NCBI GenBank assembly: GCA_031367385.1
Contig: JANLPS010000236.1
Location: 1 to 28,002, forward strand
Direction of reading: 5' to 3'
Origin: Archangium sp.
Lineage (GTDB): Bacteria; Myxococcota; Myxococcia; Myxococcales; Myxococcaceae
Length of the DNA stretch: 28,002 nt
Positions within the stretch are counted from its first letter, which is position 1. Every line of letters begins with the position of its first letter. Of the stretch, positions 26,968 through 28,002 are shown one piece after another. The notes below the pieces were generated by a model. The model did not search any database and was not told where the DNA came from. It was given only the letters and a program-made list of their open reading frames with translations. The translations under genes and the position numbers were made by a program.

Positions 26968-28002
26968 CAACCGGTCGCTTCGGCGCCTACGGCGGGCGGT
27001 ACGTGCCCGAGACCCTGGTTCCCGCGCTCGATGAGCTCGAAGCCGCGTGGAATGCCCGTGGAGCCGCATTTCAGGCCGAGCTCGACGAGCTGCTCGCGCG
27101 GTTCGCGGGTCGCCCGACGCCCATCACCCGAGCGAGAAATCTGCCGGGCACTGAGCGGGTACAGATTCTGCTCAAACGTGAAGACCTGCTTCACACCGGC
27201 GCGCACAAACTCAACAATGCGTTGGGTCAGGTGCTGCTCGCGAAGCGCATGGGCAAGCAGCGAATCATCGCCGAAACCGGAGCAGGCCAACACGGCGTCG
27301 CGACGGCCACGGCCTGTGCGTTGCTCGGCCTGCCCTGCGAGATCTTCATGGGCGCGGTCGACGTCGAGCGGCAGCAGCCGAACGTGCTCCGCATGCGCCT
27401 GCTGGGGGCGAAGGTGATACCGGTTGAGAACGGCGCGAAGACGCTCAAAGACGCGCTCAACGAGGCGCTCCGCGACTGGGTGACGAATGTTCGAAACACC
27501 CATTACGTGTTGGGGAGCGCCGCCGGGCCGCACCCTTTTCCCACCATCGTTCGCACGTTGCAGTCGGTCATCGGCACCGAGGCGCGTGCGCAGTGTCTCG
27601 CGCTGACCGGCCGGCTGCCTGACGCGGCCATCGCCTGCGTCGGAGGAGGCTCGAACGCCATCGGCCTCTTCTCGGCCTTCATCGAAGATCCCTCGAAGCT
27701 GGTCGCGGTCGAGGCTGCGGGGCATGGGCTTGAATCAGGTCAGCACGGCGCGTCGTTGCTCAAGGGCGTGCCCGGGGTGCTCCACGGCGCGCGGAGCTAC
27801 GTGCTGCAGAATGAAGATGGGCAGATCACCGACGCGCATTCGATCAGCGCTGGGCTCGATTACCCGGGCGTGGGCCCCGAGCTGTCGGCGCTCAAAGACA
27901 GCGGGAGACTCACGCTGATGTCAGCGACCGATGATCAGGCGTTGGCGGCGCTGCTTCAGCTCGCTCGGCGCGAGGGCGTCATTTGCGCGCTCGAATCGGC
28001 GC
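26964..28002 (+). CDS. trpB: tryptophan synthase beta chain (runs off the right edge)
   Basis: ATG at 26964 (ATGA overlap); manual translation [65 protein letters not shown]. Confidence 0.96.
   Translation, partial: MTTGRFGAYGGRYVPETLVPALDELEAAWNARGAAFQAELDELLARFAGRPTPITRARNLPGTERVQILLKREDLLHTGAHKLNNALGQVLLAKRMGKQRIIAETGAGQHGVATATACALLGLPCEIFMGAVDVERQQPNVLRMRLLGAKVIPVENGAKTLKDALNEALRDWVTNVRNTHYVLGSAAGPHPFPTIVRTLQSVIGTEARAQCLALTGRLPDAAIACVGGGSNAIGLFSAFIEDPSKLVAVEAAGHGLESGQHGASLLKGVPGVLHGARSYVLQNEDGQITDAHSISAGLDYPGVGPELSALKDSGRLTLMSATDDQALAALLQLARREGVICALESA

Overview
GC-rich chromosomal window that looks myxobacterial (Myxococcota-like): a Cys-rich lipoprotein, a Ser/Thr kinase and sigma54 promoters. 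It carries about 29 CDSs and no mobile elements, rRNA, tRNA or CRISPR. Left to right: a Cys-rich lipoprotein (truncated), a low-GC intergenic region with oriC architecture (DnaA boxes plus DnaA-trios, no dnaA beside it), a kinase, hypothetical genes, a CruF-like/BtuF-like pair, bioD, an XRE-cupin regulator with a Trp-rich small ORF and tandem operators, an Omp85-like barrel, a hydrolase, a sigma54-type small-gene/comEA operon, an lpxL-like acyltransferase, DoxX, a metallophosphoesterase, a PT-TG-like protein, an acyl-CoA dehydrogenase, a lipoprotein, rtcB, and a divergent trp operon (trpE-trpG-repeat ORF-trpD/trpC fusion-trpF-trpB). Best candidate for a new system: trpE lacks a convincing start codon. 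A 22-codon leader ORF ending GGUGGUG-GGU-CUU-UGG-CAA-AGC-UGA mimics the prfB +1 frameshift cassette with the stop replaced by a Trp codon, and a +1 slip at CUU-U enters the trpE frame. This suggests Trp-starvation-gated frameshifting that controls a fully translationally coupled operon. It is an inference and needs read-level and comparative checks.
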